64,000 nt of DNA from Macrostomum lignano. Its lineage: Eukaryota. The DNA is taken from the NCBI GenBank assembly GCA_002269645.1, contig NIVC01001587.1, forward strand, positions 186,001 to 250,000, read 5' to 3'. The position numbers and the translations under genes are program-made. A model generated the notes under the pieces. That model did no database searches and was not told the origin of the DNA. It was given only the letters and a program-made list of their open reading frames with translations. This document shows positions 28,421 to 42,312 of this stretch, in pieces; position 1 is the first letter of the stretch, and each line of letters begins with the position of its first letter.

Positions 28421-29633
28421 TGAATCTTTAGTTCACTGCAAACCTGAGAGATTCCTCATGATTTGTTCTCCCATGAAGTGCCTGTCAAGAAACTCAGGAT
28501 TGACTCGCATCTTGTTACAAATCTGGGCAAGGATTTGTAACTGCTGCCACTGCTGCTTTCCTATTGGCTGGGAGGCGTCAGTCACTCCGGCCAATGGGAG
28601 CTCAGTAGCAAGGAGGTAGTTAAAGCTTGATTCAACCATTGAAGTCGGGGCCGCGCAAAGATTAACGGGTGAGTTTGGAGACTGTTCAACCCTAAGCCCC
28701 TATAAAATTATTTTTAACAGCTAAACTGCAAGGATTTACCATACAAAAAGAGAAAGCTTCGAAAGCTGTAATATTTGTCTGGCTGGAATAAATTAATTGC
28801 AAAGGTGAGTACAGCTGCCTACCAATTATTCTGCTTGATGAGTTCAACCATGTTCGCTTATGTTGACATTGCAGCGTCCTGACTTAGTGTCTGTTAAAAC
28901 TTTCTGAAATTCTGAAAAAATCCATTAGAGAGCCTGAGAGATGGCTTTAATACGAGTTACTAAGTCCTCCTTAATCCCTGAGAAGCGCGCACTGCTCAGC
29001 TCCGCTTTGGGGAAATGATTTGTGTAGCTTATAGTGGACAAACTGGGATGTTAGGAGTTGTGTAGCTGAAATACGATACCATTGACAGCAAAGTGGCTAA
29101 GCATGAGGAGGGGTTGGCTAAGTACCTGATATCCCTTGTGCTCGACCTACTCCTTAACGCAGTGCTCCTGTTAATATTCGCTCCGTTGCATCTTGAGTTG
29201 CCTCAGGTCATGCCATGATGGCTGTGGCAGCCTCTCCCTGCTGCGTCTCTTCTCTTTGTTCCACAAGTGCGCAAGAATCGCCTGGCACAATTGGGAAATC
29301 TGAGTCCGATTGAGAACAACCGGGCTAAAGGCCATGTTAACTGTGTCCTGTGAACTCTCCGTTCACAAGTATACTCGTAGCTAGCGGTTGTAATTTCTTA
29401 CATCATTCGCTTTGAGTCGATGATACGGTCATCCTCTGCAAGCTTTGGGGCGTGCGCTCATACAGGGTGCGCCGCGGCCGTCACTATTCATTTAGCGCTA
29501 TGCGTCCTCTATGCTGTTAATGGTAGAGCATGTTAAATGCACTGGATTTTTTTCTGCACATGTGTGCACACTCCGCTTTGGGGTCAACTGCAGCTAAGCA
29601 ATGATCTCTCAAACATCAGAGGGGGGCAGTGCC

Positions 29634-31110
29634 CAGGGGGTGTCGCCATGGATTTAATGGTGGGGGGACAAAGCCAAGAATTCTACATGTACATTATTTT
29701 CAGAATCGGTGCTATCAGCGTCCATTTTGGCGCCGCAGGCATTCATTTTGGCGCCACAGGCATTTTTTGGCGCCGCAGGCACTCTTGGCGCCAAACACTC
29801 ATTTTGGCGCCACAGGCACTCATTTTGGCGCCACAGGCACTCATTTTGGCGCCACAGGCACTCATTTTGGCGCCGCAGGCATTTTTTGGCGCCGCAGGCA
29901 CTTTTGGCGCCACAGGCACTCATTTTGGCGCCGCAGGCACTTTTGACGCCACAGGCACTCATTTTGGCGCCACAGGCATTTTTTGGCGCCGCAGGTACTC
30001 TTGGCGCCACAGGCACTCATTTTGGCGCCACAGGCACTCATTTTGGCGCCGTAGGCATTTTTTGGCGCCGCAGGCACTCATTTTGGCGCCACAGGCACTC
30101 ATTTTGGCGCCACAGGCACTCATTTTGGCGCCACAGGCACTCATTTTGGCGCCACGGGCACTCATTTTGGCGCCACTGGCACTCATTTTGGCACCACAGG
30201 CACTCATTTTGGCGCCACAGGCACTCATTTTGGCGCCACATGCACTCATCTTGGCGCCACAGGCATTTTTTGGCGCCGCAGGTACTCTTGGCGCCACAGG
30301 CACTCATTTTGACGCCACAGGCACTCATTTTGGCACCACAGGCACTCATTTTGACACCGCAGGCACTCATTTTGGCGCCACATGCACTCATTTTGGCGCC
30401 ACAGGCATTTTTTGGCGCCGCAGGTACTCTTGGCGCCACAGGCACTCATTTTGACGCCACAGGCACTCATTTTGGCGCCACAGGCACTCATTTTGGCGCC
30501 ACAGGCACTCATTTTGGCGCCGTAGGCATTTTTTGGCGCCGCAGGCACTCATTTTGGCGCCACAGGCACTCATTTTGGCGCCACAGGCACTCATTTTGGC
30601 GCCGTAGGCATTTTTTGGCGCCGCAGGCACTCATTTTGGCGCTGCAGGCACTCATTTTGGCGCTGCAGGCACTCATTTTGGCGCCACAGGCACTCATTTT
30701 GGCGCCGTAGGCATTTTTTGGCGCCGCAGGCACTCATTTTGGCGCCACAGGCACTCATTTTGGCGCCGCAGGCACTCATTTTGGCGCCACAGGCACTCAT
30801 TTTGGCGCCGTAGGCATTTTTTGGCGCCGCAGGCACTCATTTTGGCGCTGCAGGCACTCATTTTGGCGCTGCAGGCACTCATTTTGGCGCCGTAGGCACT
30901 CATTTTGGCGCTGCAGGCACTCATTTTGGCGCCGTAGGCACTCATTTTGGCGCCGCAGGCACTCATTTTGGCGCTGCAGGCGCTATGCTTTGTCGTCCTG
31001 AAGCAAAATGATTGATTTCCATAATGGGTCGCAAGGTTGGCATGTCCCCCCATACCTTCTATTGAGGGGGGCATGTTTTCCCTGTCCCCCTCCCGGTGGC
31101 GTCGTCCTTG
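29634..31110. mobile_element. hAT-type non-autonomous element (MITE) containing a 21-bp minisatellite
   Basis: 8-bp TSD GCAGTGCC at 29626-29633 and 31111-31118. Imperfect TIRs CAGGGGGTGTCGCCA / TGGCGTCGTCCTTG; subterminal GGGGGACA / TGTCCCCC. Confidence 0.8.
29722..30985. repeat. 20/21-bp minisatellite TTTTGGCGCCACAGGCACTCA inside the hAT MITE
   Basis: About 60 units. Confidence 0.95.
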
Positions 31111-31546
31111 GCAGTGCCCCTCTGCCCCACCCCCTGTTCCGCAGTCCCTGTCAACCACTGAATTTCTCATGCTCTGTACGCACTGTAGGAAATCACTGCA
31201 GCAGTGCGTACAAGCCTTTTTAACTGATCACCGTATGTTCTCATTAATTATTTATGGAATTTCTGATGCTCTGTCGAACAAAGCATAGGAGGAATCAGTG
31301 AGGGAACTCTTCATCGTTTGAGCTGCTCTTGAGTCTTTTGGGTTCATTTAGTCTTTAAATGTTTAACTAAATAGTCAGACAGGGTTTTTATGGCGGAGGC
31401 AGCCCAAGTTGAGTTCATTGTTCTTTGCCTGTTGGTTTGGTTTGAGCTGCCAGACTCACAGCAGCATCTTTGCATCAAGACAAGCTTCGGTTTCGTTGTC
31501 AATTCAATTCTGCAAAGCATCTCCCATGGCCCTTAGGGGTGACAGG

Positions 31547-31930
31547 GGGGGGGGGGTAGCCCAGTGGTCCAGCGCGGCGCTCTCATGTGCCAGCGGCCCA
31601 GGCTCGATTCCAAGTGCAGTCACATTAATTTGGGGCTGAATTGGAATCTCGGCTTGGCTCTGCTCGTGCAATTAACGGCCTTGATGGCCAACTCCCAAGG
31701 CACAGTGAAGTGTACATGCCTAACGACAAATAAAGTTAGGGCCGCTGTACACTCCTGTGTGAGTGTGTGCCTGTGCGTGTGACTGCGTACGTATCCGCGC
31801 GCTTGTGTGCCTGCTCAGGGGAGTCGGCGGAATGGGCAGCAATGCCTCTCGCCGGTTGTGCGACAATGTCGCTTAAAGTGCGCCAGGGTGCACACAAGCC
31901 TGTAAGCTAAACTATCTGTAACAACATGTA
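31547..31930 (+). mobile_element. tRNA-derived SINE, copy 3 (full length)
   Basis: A box TAGCCCAGTGG, B box GGCTCGATTCC, same body; flanking direct repeat GGTGACAGG at 31538-31546 and 31931-31939 (likely TSD). Confidence 0.9.
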
Positions 31931-32937
31931 GGTGACAGGACCGCTTGGTGACTTCATACTTGAGCAGAGTCTCAGCTCCTCATTCTCACTTCGGTGCTCA
32001 ACTTTTACTAAATGCGAATCATCTGCAGCCGCAAATCTTTCTTCATCTTTTGCATTTTCATTTCTAAATGAATGAGAGAACACGAGGGGCTCGGTTAAGA
32101 GACCCCGGTAGACTCATCAGAGAAGATTAGGGCGGCGGGACCGCATCCTGAATGCAAGGATTTAGTGAAGCAGCATTATTATTAATATTATTATTATTAT
32201 TGTGACAGCCCGCCCAGACTAACCAACAATGGCCTCCAATACACTCTCTGCGGCACAATGCTTTTGACCCGGCCGTGGGGTTGCGGGAGAAAAGATTTGG
32301 AGGGACTACATGCGTGTGTGTGTGTCGGAGCTCTGGATGCGGGACTGCAAAACCAGCGCCTCAGATCCAAGTGCGGGCGGTTGCCGCCGCCCCCCCCCCC
32401 TTCATCGGGCCCATCAGGAAGTTGTCCGCATTGACCTAGTGGCTCAGAAACCGCGGGAATCACTGCGGCCATTGTGGATGGTGAGCACACGGGCTGGGGT
32501 GGTGTTAGTGTCACAGTTGAGCACTGTGGGGACTGCAGATTAAGGCCCAGCATTATTCATTCGCTCTGTAGAATTCCTTTGTCACGCAATCCAGATCAGC
32601 GGAAGAGATGTCAGAGAGCGACTCCAGAGCTGCTGTACCTTCAGCAAACCCAGCATTTCCCCGATCGCACACATTCTCTCTCAGCCGAAAATTATCCTAG
32701 CGCCATGAGCGTCGATAATCTGATGTCGAGTTTTCGAACTGTCGCATTCGCGTGAGAAGGAAATTCTGTGCAGCAAAGAAACTCAAGAAGAATGCTTTCA
32801 GAGTTTTCAGGGATTGTGTAAGGTTTTTACTTCTTTTGATCGAAGTCTTGTTTAACTTGCTTTGCTTCTAGTAGCAATGTTCTGCTGCTGGGAAATGGAT
32901 AGGGTTCGAGTCTGCGGAACACAAGTGGATCTCCGCC

Positions 32938-33955
32938 TTTCCATCCACTCTCCGACTTTCCCCATCCACTCTCCGCCTTTCCCCATCCACTCTCCGCCTT
33001 TTCCCATCCACTCTCCGCCTTTTCCCATCCACTCTCCGCCTTTCCCCATCCACTCTCCGCCTTTCCCCATCCACTCTCCGCCTTTTCCCATCCACTCTCC
33101 GCCTTTTCCCATCCACTCTCCGCCTTTCCCCATCCACTCTCCGCCTTTTCCCATCCACTCTCCACCTTTCCCCATCCACTCTCCGCCTTTCCCCATCCAC
33201 TCTCCACCTTTCCCCCTCCACGCTCCACCTTTCCCCATCCACGCTCCACCTTTCCCATCCACGCTCCACCTTTCCCCATCCACTCTCCACCTTTCCCCAT
33301 CCACTCTCCGCCTTTCCCCATCCACTCTCCACCTTTCCCCATCCACGCTCCACCTTTCCCCATCCACTCTCCGCCTTTCCCCATCCACTCTCCACCTTTC
33401 CCATCGACTCTCCACCTTTCCCCATCCACTCTCCACCTTTTCCCATCCACTCTCCACCTTTCCCCATCCACTCTCCGCCTTTTCCCATCCACTCTCCACC
33501 TTTCCCCATCCACTCTCCGCCTTTCCCCATCCACTCTCCACCTTTCCCCATCCACTCTCCGCCTTTTCCCATCCACTCTCCACCTTTCCCCATCAACTCT
33601 CCACCTTTCCCCATCCACTCCACCTTTCCCATCCACTCTCCACCTTTCCCCCTCGACTCTCCGCCTTTCCCCATCCACTCTCCGCCTTTTCCCATCCACT
33701 CTCCACCTTTTCCCATCCACTCTCCGCCTTTTCCCATCCACTCTCCACCTTTCCCCTCGACTCTCCGCCTTTCCCCATCCACTCTCCGCCTTTCCCCATC
33801 CACTCTCCGCCTTTTCCCATTCACTCTCCACCTTTTCCCATCCACTCTCCGCCTTTTCCCATCCACTCTCCACCTTTTCCCATCCACTCTCCGCCTTTCC
33901 CCATCCACTCTCCGCCTTTCCCCATCGACTCTCCGCCTTTCCCCATCGACTCTTG
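32938..33955. repeat. 21-bp C/T-rich minisatellite CCCCATCCACTCTCCGCCTTT
   Basis: About 48 units. Confidence 0.95.
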
Positions 33956-34785
33956 CATCCCCTACTCTCATAGCTAGCTTAATCCTATCAATAAACAGCA
34001 GACACGGGTCTAGACAAGCGCCGCTAAAACGCTGCCTATATCGGATAAATATTCTGCAGCAGCAGCCAATAATGGTGCAAAAGTGGCTTGTCTCTCATCT
34101 CTCAACTGTCATAGTTATAGGAGACACTGGCCTAAGGCTGTTCATTGTCTGATTGCCCAAGTCCGTCTATGGAGAGCACAGACTCTCAGCTCCAAGCCAC
34201 TTCAACATCGAGAAGGAGGAAGTAGCTGCTGCTGCTGCTGCTGCTGCTGTTGTTGGGCTCTTCAGAGCAGCCTAAAATATGCTCTGTGTGTATATAGCAG
34301 TGTGTGCTGTGCCTTTCCTGTGACTGACAGAGCAGATCCCGATTGAGCTATGGCACTGGGAGGGAGGGGTTGGCGGGTAGAGATTTCCTGCACTGCTCAT
34401 AACTCCCTGCTGCCGCACAGGCTCACGGAACCAGCTCCACACGCCAGGGTAGTTGAGAGAGAAAATCTTCTTGTTTTCGACCATCATTTTCCCTCACCTT
34501 TGTCCCCTGCACCCAACTCCAGCTTTACTTGAAATTAGTCATACATCATCCGGGGGTCCTTGGCACTTGTGCTTCCGTGTGTCCAACCCGCATTAGCCCT
34601 CCCATTGAGTCTCTTATCTGAGCAGGAAATCAAACAGAGATAGGGGAGGCAGATTGACTCAAAAAACCAACTCATTGCTGTGCTGCGATTTCCCCAGCAT
34701 TTTTTTGCGAATCCCGCTTGCAATTACAGCCACATTTTCAAACTCCATTTGGCTGTGATGAGAGATGGGACACTGAGAGCGATCA

Positions 34786-35826
<1,041 letters not shown>

Positions 35827-36229
35827 ACTTCCCTCAAAATCCTTTCCTTCGCATAGCCTTGGGGAAAAATATTCCTCAAAGGGGAAGTCGCAGCAGACTC
35901 ATAATTTATTACTCAAACGGCTGTCTGATTCTCACATTTATTTCCTCCAAATTAACTCTTCAACGAATAAAAAGATTCGCCAGATAATCAGGAAAGGTTG
36001 CCTTAGGCCCGTTGCCTGTTACATTTTAACATGAAAGCTTCTAATACAAAGATCGCAAATCAGTAATGCTCCTTGGTAAACTTAACTACACTACATATCG
36101 GCAGTGTGTCTTTCAGAAGACTTGCGCAAGGTCAAGCAGGGCGTACAGAGCCTCTGATGCATTTATTAATTGAACTTTTCCTTATTGCCTTTTGAAAGAA
36201 GTTGCCCATGAGAACCGAACCTAAGGAAT

Positions 36230-36292
36230 CTATGGAATCGAACCCCGATCCTTCCGCCACCTTGTGACCTCTTCAAACCAGCCGGGGCCACA
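36230..36292 (-). mobile_element. Degenerate tRNA-like/SINE head
   Basis: Minus strand reads TGGCCCCGGCTGG (A-box-like) ... GGGGTTCGATTCC (B box); no complete cloverleaf. Confidence 0.3.
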
Positions 36293-37313
36293 GGCTGTTA
36301 AAAATTGGTTAAAAAGACAGGAAAACAAGAATCGGCCATTTCTTCTGTGGAAGCACTAAACTTGCTGTCTCTTCTTCTTCAAGCAAAAACATCCTCCCAC
36401 TTTTTTGCTTGGCGTGAAAGGCAATACGCCTGACGGCCCTTTCCCAGCTGGGACAGAAGCAAGAGATTGCCCAGAGATAAAGCTGTCATGCTTGCGGAGG
36501 CGTGGCAGGTCCATCCGCCCCTGTCTTCTAGGAGAGGAAGACCTGAGTCTCAGCGGTTCTAGTTTTACTGTTTCTGCTAAAAAGCCACCGTGAAACAATG
36601 CAGCGATTTTGTTTAAAAAAACACGGTTGCCCATGCAGTTGCTGCGGCAGGAGAAAAGCAGAAAGAAATTCTGTTGCAACAATTGGCCGCTGTTGCTTGC
36701 GCTGCTGTCTCTTTCGGCTCGCTCATCTCATCCGACACTTTTTTGAGTTCGCCAGCAGCGGAACTGGCTCTGTCACGAATGTCGAATTATCAATCGGGAG
36801 AGAGAGAGTAACCAGAAGCGACTGAGGGTTAGGGATAGATGAAGTCGAGTGAGCGAGAGAGACTGGGGGAGAACGCCAGAAATCCCAATGGGGAATTAAG
36901 ATGAGAAGATTCCCCAAGCGCAGCAAAATCCCATTTTCGCCAACTTTTTCCCCGGAGGTGCACGTGGCTTCGGTTTAGAGACAGGGGGGGGGGGGGGGCA
37001 CCGCGGCCAGCAGCAGCCATGGGCGGAGTTGGCGCTAATTTGACGGGCCTTCGGGTTGCACGCCACTTGAGCCGCTCTTTAGCCACTTGTCCGCCGCCGC
37101 AGCCCCTCCCATCAGCTGCGCGATGAGCGTCACGCGACCCCTCAGAAACCGACGAAGGGGTAAGAGAGAGAGAGAGAGAGAAAGAAAAGGGCAAAGCGTT
37201 TTTTCGAAAAAAAATCGAAATATGAGCAACTTGTTTGCAGGATTTTTGAACCTCATATAGTGGGAAAACTGAGTAGGTAAGTGAGCTCCTGAGTTAGTTC
37301 GCGAGTGGGTGAG

Positions 37314-38445
37314 TTATGGGTGAGTTATGGGTGAGTTCATAAGTGAGTTCATGAGTGAGTTCATGAGTGAGTTCATAAGTGAGTTCATGAGTGAGTTCAT
37401 GAGTGAGTTCATAAGTGAGTTCATGTGTCAAGTCATGAGTGAGTTCATGAATAAAGTCATGAGTGAGTTCATGAGTGAGTTCATGAGTGAGTTCATGAGT
37501 CAAGTCATGAGTGAGTTTATGAGTGAGTTCATAAGTGATTTCATGTGTCAAGTCATGAGTGAGTTCATAAGTGAGTTCATGTGTCAAGTCATGAGTGAGT
37601 TCATAAGTGAGTTCATGTGTCAAGTCATGAGTGAGTTCATAAGTGAGTTCATGTGTCAAGTCATGAGTGAGTTCATAAGTGAGTTCATGTGTCAAGTCAT
37701 GAGTGAGTTCATGAGTGAGTTCATGTGTCAAGTCATGAGTGAGTTCATGAGTGAGTTCATGTGTCAAGTCATGAGTGAGTTCATGAGTGAGTTCATGTGT
37801 CAAGTCATGAGTGAGTTCATGAGTGAGTTCATGTGTCAAGTCATGAGTGAGTTCATGAGTGAGTTCATGTGTCAAGTCATGAGTGAGTTCATAAATGAGT
37901 TCATGTGTCAAGTCATGAGTGAGTTCATGAATAAAGTCATGAGTGAGTTCATGAGTGAGTTCATGAGTGAGTTCATGTGTCAAGTTATGAGTGAGTTCAT
38001 GAATAAAGTCATGAGTGAGTTCATGAGTCAAGTCATGAGTGAGTTCATGAGTGAGTTCATGTGTCAAGTCATGAGTGAGTTCATGAATAAAGTCATGAGT
38101 GAGTTCATGAGTGAGTTCATGAGTGAGTTCATGAGTCAATTCATGAGTGAGTTCATGTGTCAAGTCATGAGTGAGTTCATGAGTGAGTTCATGTGTCAAG
38201 TCATGAGTGAGTTCATAAGTGAGTTCATGTGTCAAGTCATGAGTGAGTTCATAAGTGAGTTCATGTGTCAAGTCATGAGTGAGTTCATAAGTGAGTTCAT
38301 GTGTCAAGTCATGAGTGAGTTCATAAATGAGTTCATGTGTCAAGTCATGAGTGAGTTCATGAATAAAGTCATGAGTGAGTTCATGAGTGAGTTCATGAGT
38401 GAGTTCATGAGTCAAGTCATGAGTGAGCTCATGGGTGAGCTCTAT
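37314..38445. repeat. 12-bp satellite GAGTTCATGAGT with a 36-bp higher-order unit
   Basis: Variants GAGTTCATAAGT / GAGTTCATGTGT / CAAGTCATGAGT recur in a fixed order. Confidence 0.95.
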
Positions 38446-39651
38446 CAGTGGCAGAGCTGGCAGTCGCACCGCAACTCGCAGAGTTGGAGGATTAAGACCA
38501 ATCAACTTCGGGGTCTCAGCTGCGCTGAGCCTAAAAACCGAAATCCCCCTTAGAAAAAATGAGATATAAAATGATCGAGTTCAATAATGGAGGCTCATGA
38601 CCCGCAGGAGCAGCAGTCATTCCTATCTGCTGTCCTAAATGAGCGTAAAAAAAGCAACACAGAAGCCCCTCCTGCAGGCTTCATGACAACAAAATATTGC
38701 TAAGTCGCATATGCGGAAAATTTGGGCAAGAATTATTAGAGCGAAATCCTATTGAGAGGATCAGATTTAGGGGAAGACTAGTATGGCTTTAGCGGGGCGC
38801 CCACCCACCCCCTCCCAGCCCAGCTGCAACTCATAACTCCCTGTGGAGCTCTCGGCGGGGGGTCATAAAAACCGGGACAGTTTCTCAACCGCATCATCCG
38901 ACTGCGGGCTTCGTTTTGTCTTATCGGATCTCGTGGCCTATAAATATGGTGAAAACTTTTTCCAAGCTCACTGAATTGGAATGACGGTCGTATTGATTAT
39001 AATAATTTATGTCCACCATTATGTTTATTACCAAGCTCACGGACTGTGATGCAACGATTCAGTTTTGCTCGGTTGATTTTAATTCAGTATGTGGCTAATA
39101 TGGGTCTAATATGGTTGTATTATGAGGCTAATACACTCCTCAGGTATTAAATGCCTTCTGTACAAAATTCTGTGCAAAATCTATTGAAGGTTAGGCCTCA
39201 TAAATATGATTTCATGTAATAATCTTTTAAATTTAACAATATAGCGGCAGTCTAATTTATAGTATATCTTAACCCACTTCTAAGTATGACAAATACTTAT
39301 CTATATATCGCAATGGAATGTGAGTCTCCGCTCCCTCTCCCTCTCGGCTTATGAGCACCAGCGGCTTAGGGGGACAAGGGAGAGGAAATGACTTTTGCGA
39401 GCTTAGAGATTGCAGCGAAGGGGCTTCTTAGGGAGGGGGCAACAGTTTTAAGGGGACCGGAGTGAATTCTGAAGAGGCCCGATGGGTTGTGTGTGGGTGG
39501 GGGGTTGGTGCAGAGGCTGGGAGGACCAGAAAAAAGTGGGAAAATTGAATTCTTTTCTCTTTCTGGGCTACAGACTTTCTCCTCTGGCTACTTGGGTTTT
39601 ACTTCCCAATATCTAGAACGAAGGTCAAGGATGCGATTGCTTGGCCCCTGG

Positions 39652-40220
39652 CAGTGGCATAGCCAGGATTTTCAATTGGGAGAGCGTATTTTGGGGCGCC
39701 AGCACCAAGGGGCGCCAGCACCAAGGGCGCCAGCACCAAGGGGCGCCAGCACCAAGGGCGCCAGCACCAAGGGGCGCCAGCACCAAGGGGCGCCAGCACC
39801 AAGGGGCGCCAGCACCAAGGGGCGCCAGCACCAAGGGGCGCCAGCACCAAGGGGCGCCAGCACCAAGGGGCGCCAGCACCAAGGGGCGCCAGCACCAAGG
39901 GGCGCCAGCACCAAGGGGCGCCAGCACCAAGGGGCGCCAGCACCAAGGGGCGCCAGCACCAAGGGGCGCCAGCACCAAGGGGCGCCAGCACCAAGGGGCG
40001 CCAACACCAAGAGGCGCCAGCACCAAGGGGCGCCAGCACCAAGGGGCGCCAGCACCAAGGGGCGCCAACACCAAGAGGCGCCAGCACCAAGGGGCGCCAG
40101 CACCAAGGGGCGCCAGCACCAAGGGGCGCCAGCACCAAGGGGCGCCAGCACCAAGGGGCGCCAGCACCAAGGGGCGCCAGCACCAAGGGGCGCCAGCACC
40201 AAGGTGCCCCCTAGGCTAAT
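39652..40220 (+). mobile_element. Probable MITE fragment (left TIR CAGTGGCATAGCCAGG) carrying a 16-bp GGGGCGCCAGCACCAA array (39692-40205)
   Basis: A TIR-like 5' end precedes about 32 copies of the 16-mer. The right TIR is degenerate or absent and no TSD was found. Confidence 0.5.
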
Positions 40221-41853
40221 TCATAATTTTGTCTATATGAGCTACTGCGGTCCGTATATTGTATGAAGTGCAGGAATTCACTAGGAATGGAAGACTCAGT
40301 CAGTATGCAGCTAAGTGAGCACTCAGTCAGTAACAGTAGCAGAAAGAAATTGCTCAGACAAGGCAAACCTCTCTCTCCCAATGCATAAAACAAGCATTAG
40401 CAATAGCCATAAAAGTGTTTTTGTTTAAATGGAGAGTTGTATAAAAGACACGCACTGGGCGGGGGTAGAGCTCATGTCGACTTGAAATACCAGCTGCAAT
40501 CCTCAGATCCTCAGATAGTGAAGGAAGCAAAGCGCTTGCTATAATATGGAGACAGTGGAAAACAAACATTTATAGTCGTCAATCATTAAAATCCCGCGTT
40601 TAAGACTAGCTAACAGTGGAATAGCGGTTTCCATACTTGGTAATCCTTGTAGAGAGGAATCGACGAAAACTTCGGCGGAGAAAAAAATATGTTTTTTTGA
40701 AGAGGTTTGCAAGAGCGTTAGTGATGAGCAAACAGTGCTACGAGTCCAGTGTCCGCTGCTCCCAATACTATAGTAGTCGATCTCCGCTCTCTGTCTCTGG
40801 CACTAGTGCTTAACTACAAGGGCTCTTCAGCGCTCAGGCTTCCACTTCTTCATTGGAACAATTTAAAACGGCGCGGCATTGACCGACGAGTTGCGAGTTT
40901 CGCTGAGGGGCGGGAACTGTTGCGGCTTGCATTCTATTCTAAACTACTCATGTTTTACACGAGTCCCGCTTGGCGCATGTTTTCCACTATAATGCTACGG
41001 GCGGCGGCAGCAATCGAAAAGAGAGAGAGAGGGGGAGAGGGCGGAGAGCAGGGGTTCAGGAGAGTGGGAGAATTCTCACTAGGGGGCGCGATCCCTTCAC
41101 CTACAGCACCCCCCCCCCCGATACCCCTCTGCCGGCTGGAAGCTTGAGCACAGCAGCTGCTGCCGCTGTGTTTGAGAAGAAGACTGGAGGGTCGGCTAGG
41201 GCGGAACTGCTGACACAGAGCTGAGCAAGTTTTATTGCGCAGCATTTTGGTAAACTCGCAGTAGTCAGCTGCTTAAAAACTCGCTGATTTCTCTACTGTC
41301 TTCCCTCAGCTGCGACTCCTGAGCCTCCCCCCGAGCAGCTCTTCAAAGTTTTTATCGCAGGGGTAGGAGGGGAGAATTGGGAGAGGCGGTTCGCGCGCCA
41401 ATCTCAATGATATGTTTGTCTTTAATTTCGGTCGGGAAATATTCAAATTCTAATAGTGAGCTTGGGAGGTCGGAAAGGGGGTCGAGTCCCAAGGCCAAAC
41501 TAGACTATAAGGGGTGGCCGATGCGGCCTCTGTTTACCCAGTTTGAAGAGGCCAAAGCACAAGGAAGAGACACTGCAATGGGTTGCTTTGCTGGGCTAAA
41601 CCACTTTTTGTGTTTTTTTTTCCCAAAACTGCCTTTCCATGCGGGTTCCTTGTGCTGTGGGAAAAGTTTACACCGAGCACTGGCTGAGCAAGCAGAGGGA
41701 AGCGGTGCGTTTATTTAACGGAGAGAAAATGGACAAGAGGTTGGTCATGATTTTACCAGTATGTACTCGAGAATGGGCACCGCCAGAGTCATTTTATCAC
41801 ATTCTCGGACACCCTGTCTATAGTGCGATCAATGACTAGCCACATAATATCGA

Positions 41854-42162
41854 CCTCACTCCGAAATGTACACTGACAAAAGCAATTGTGTCTATCATCA
41901 GCCTTCCTCTCTAACCCATTAGCGCCCACCTCACTCCGCAATGTACACTGACAAAAGCAATTGTGTCTATCATCAGCCTTCCTCTCTAACCCAGCTGCGC
42001 CCACCTCACTCCGCAATGTACACTGACAAAAGCAATTGTGTCTATCATCAGCCTTCCTCTCTAACCCATTAGCGCCCACCTCACTCCGCAATGTACACTG
42101 ACAAAAGCAATTGTGTCTATCATCAGCCTTCCTCTCTAACCCATTAGCGCCCACCTCACTCC
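41854..42162. repeat. Four near-identical 75-bp tandem units just upstream of the protocadherin coding exon
   Basis: Unit CCTCACTCCGCAATGTACACTGACAAAAGCAATTGTGTCTATCATCAGCCTTCCTCTCTAACCCATTAGCGCCCA. Confidence 0.95.
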
Positions 42163-42312
42163 ACTATTGATCCGATTTAGATGTTTTAGGAGCCCTCCCC
42201 GAAGGGGGCGCAAATGACTAGTCCACATATACTAAGCAAAGCGTATGCAAAGCGTAGCACACAGTCACCTTCTCTGCTTCAATTGCATTGCAGGCAACAG
42301 TAAGTGCAGCAA

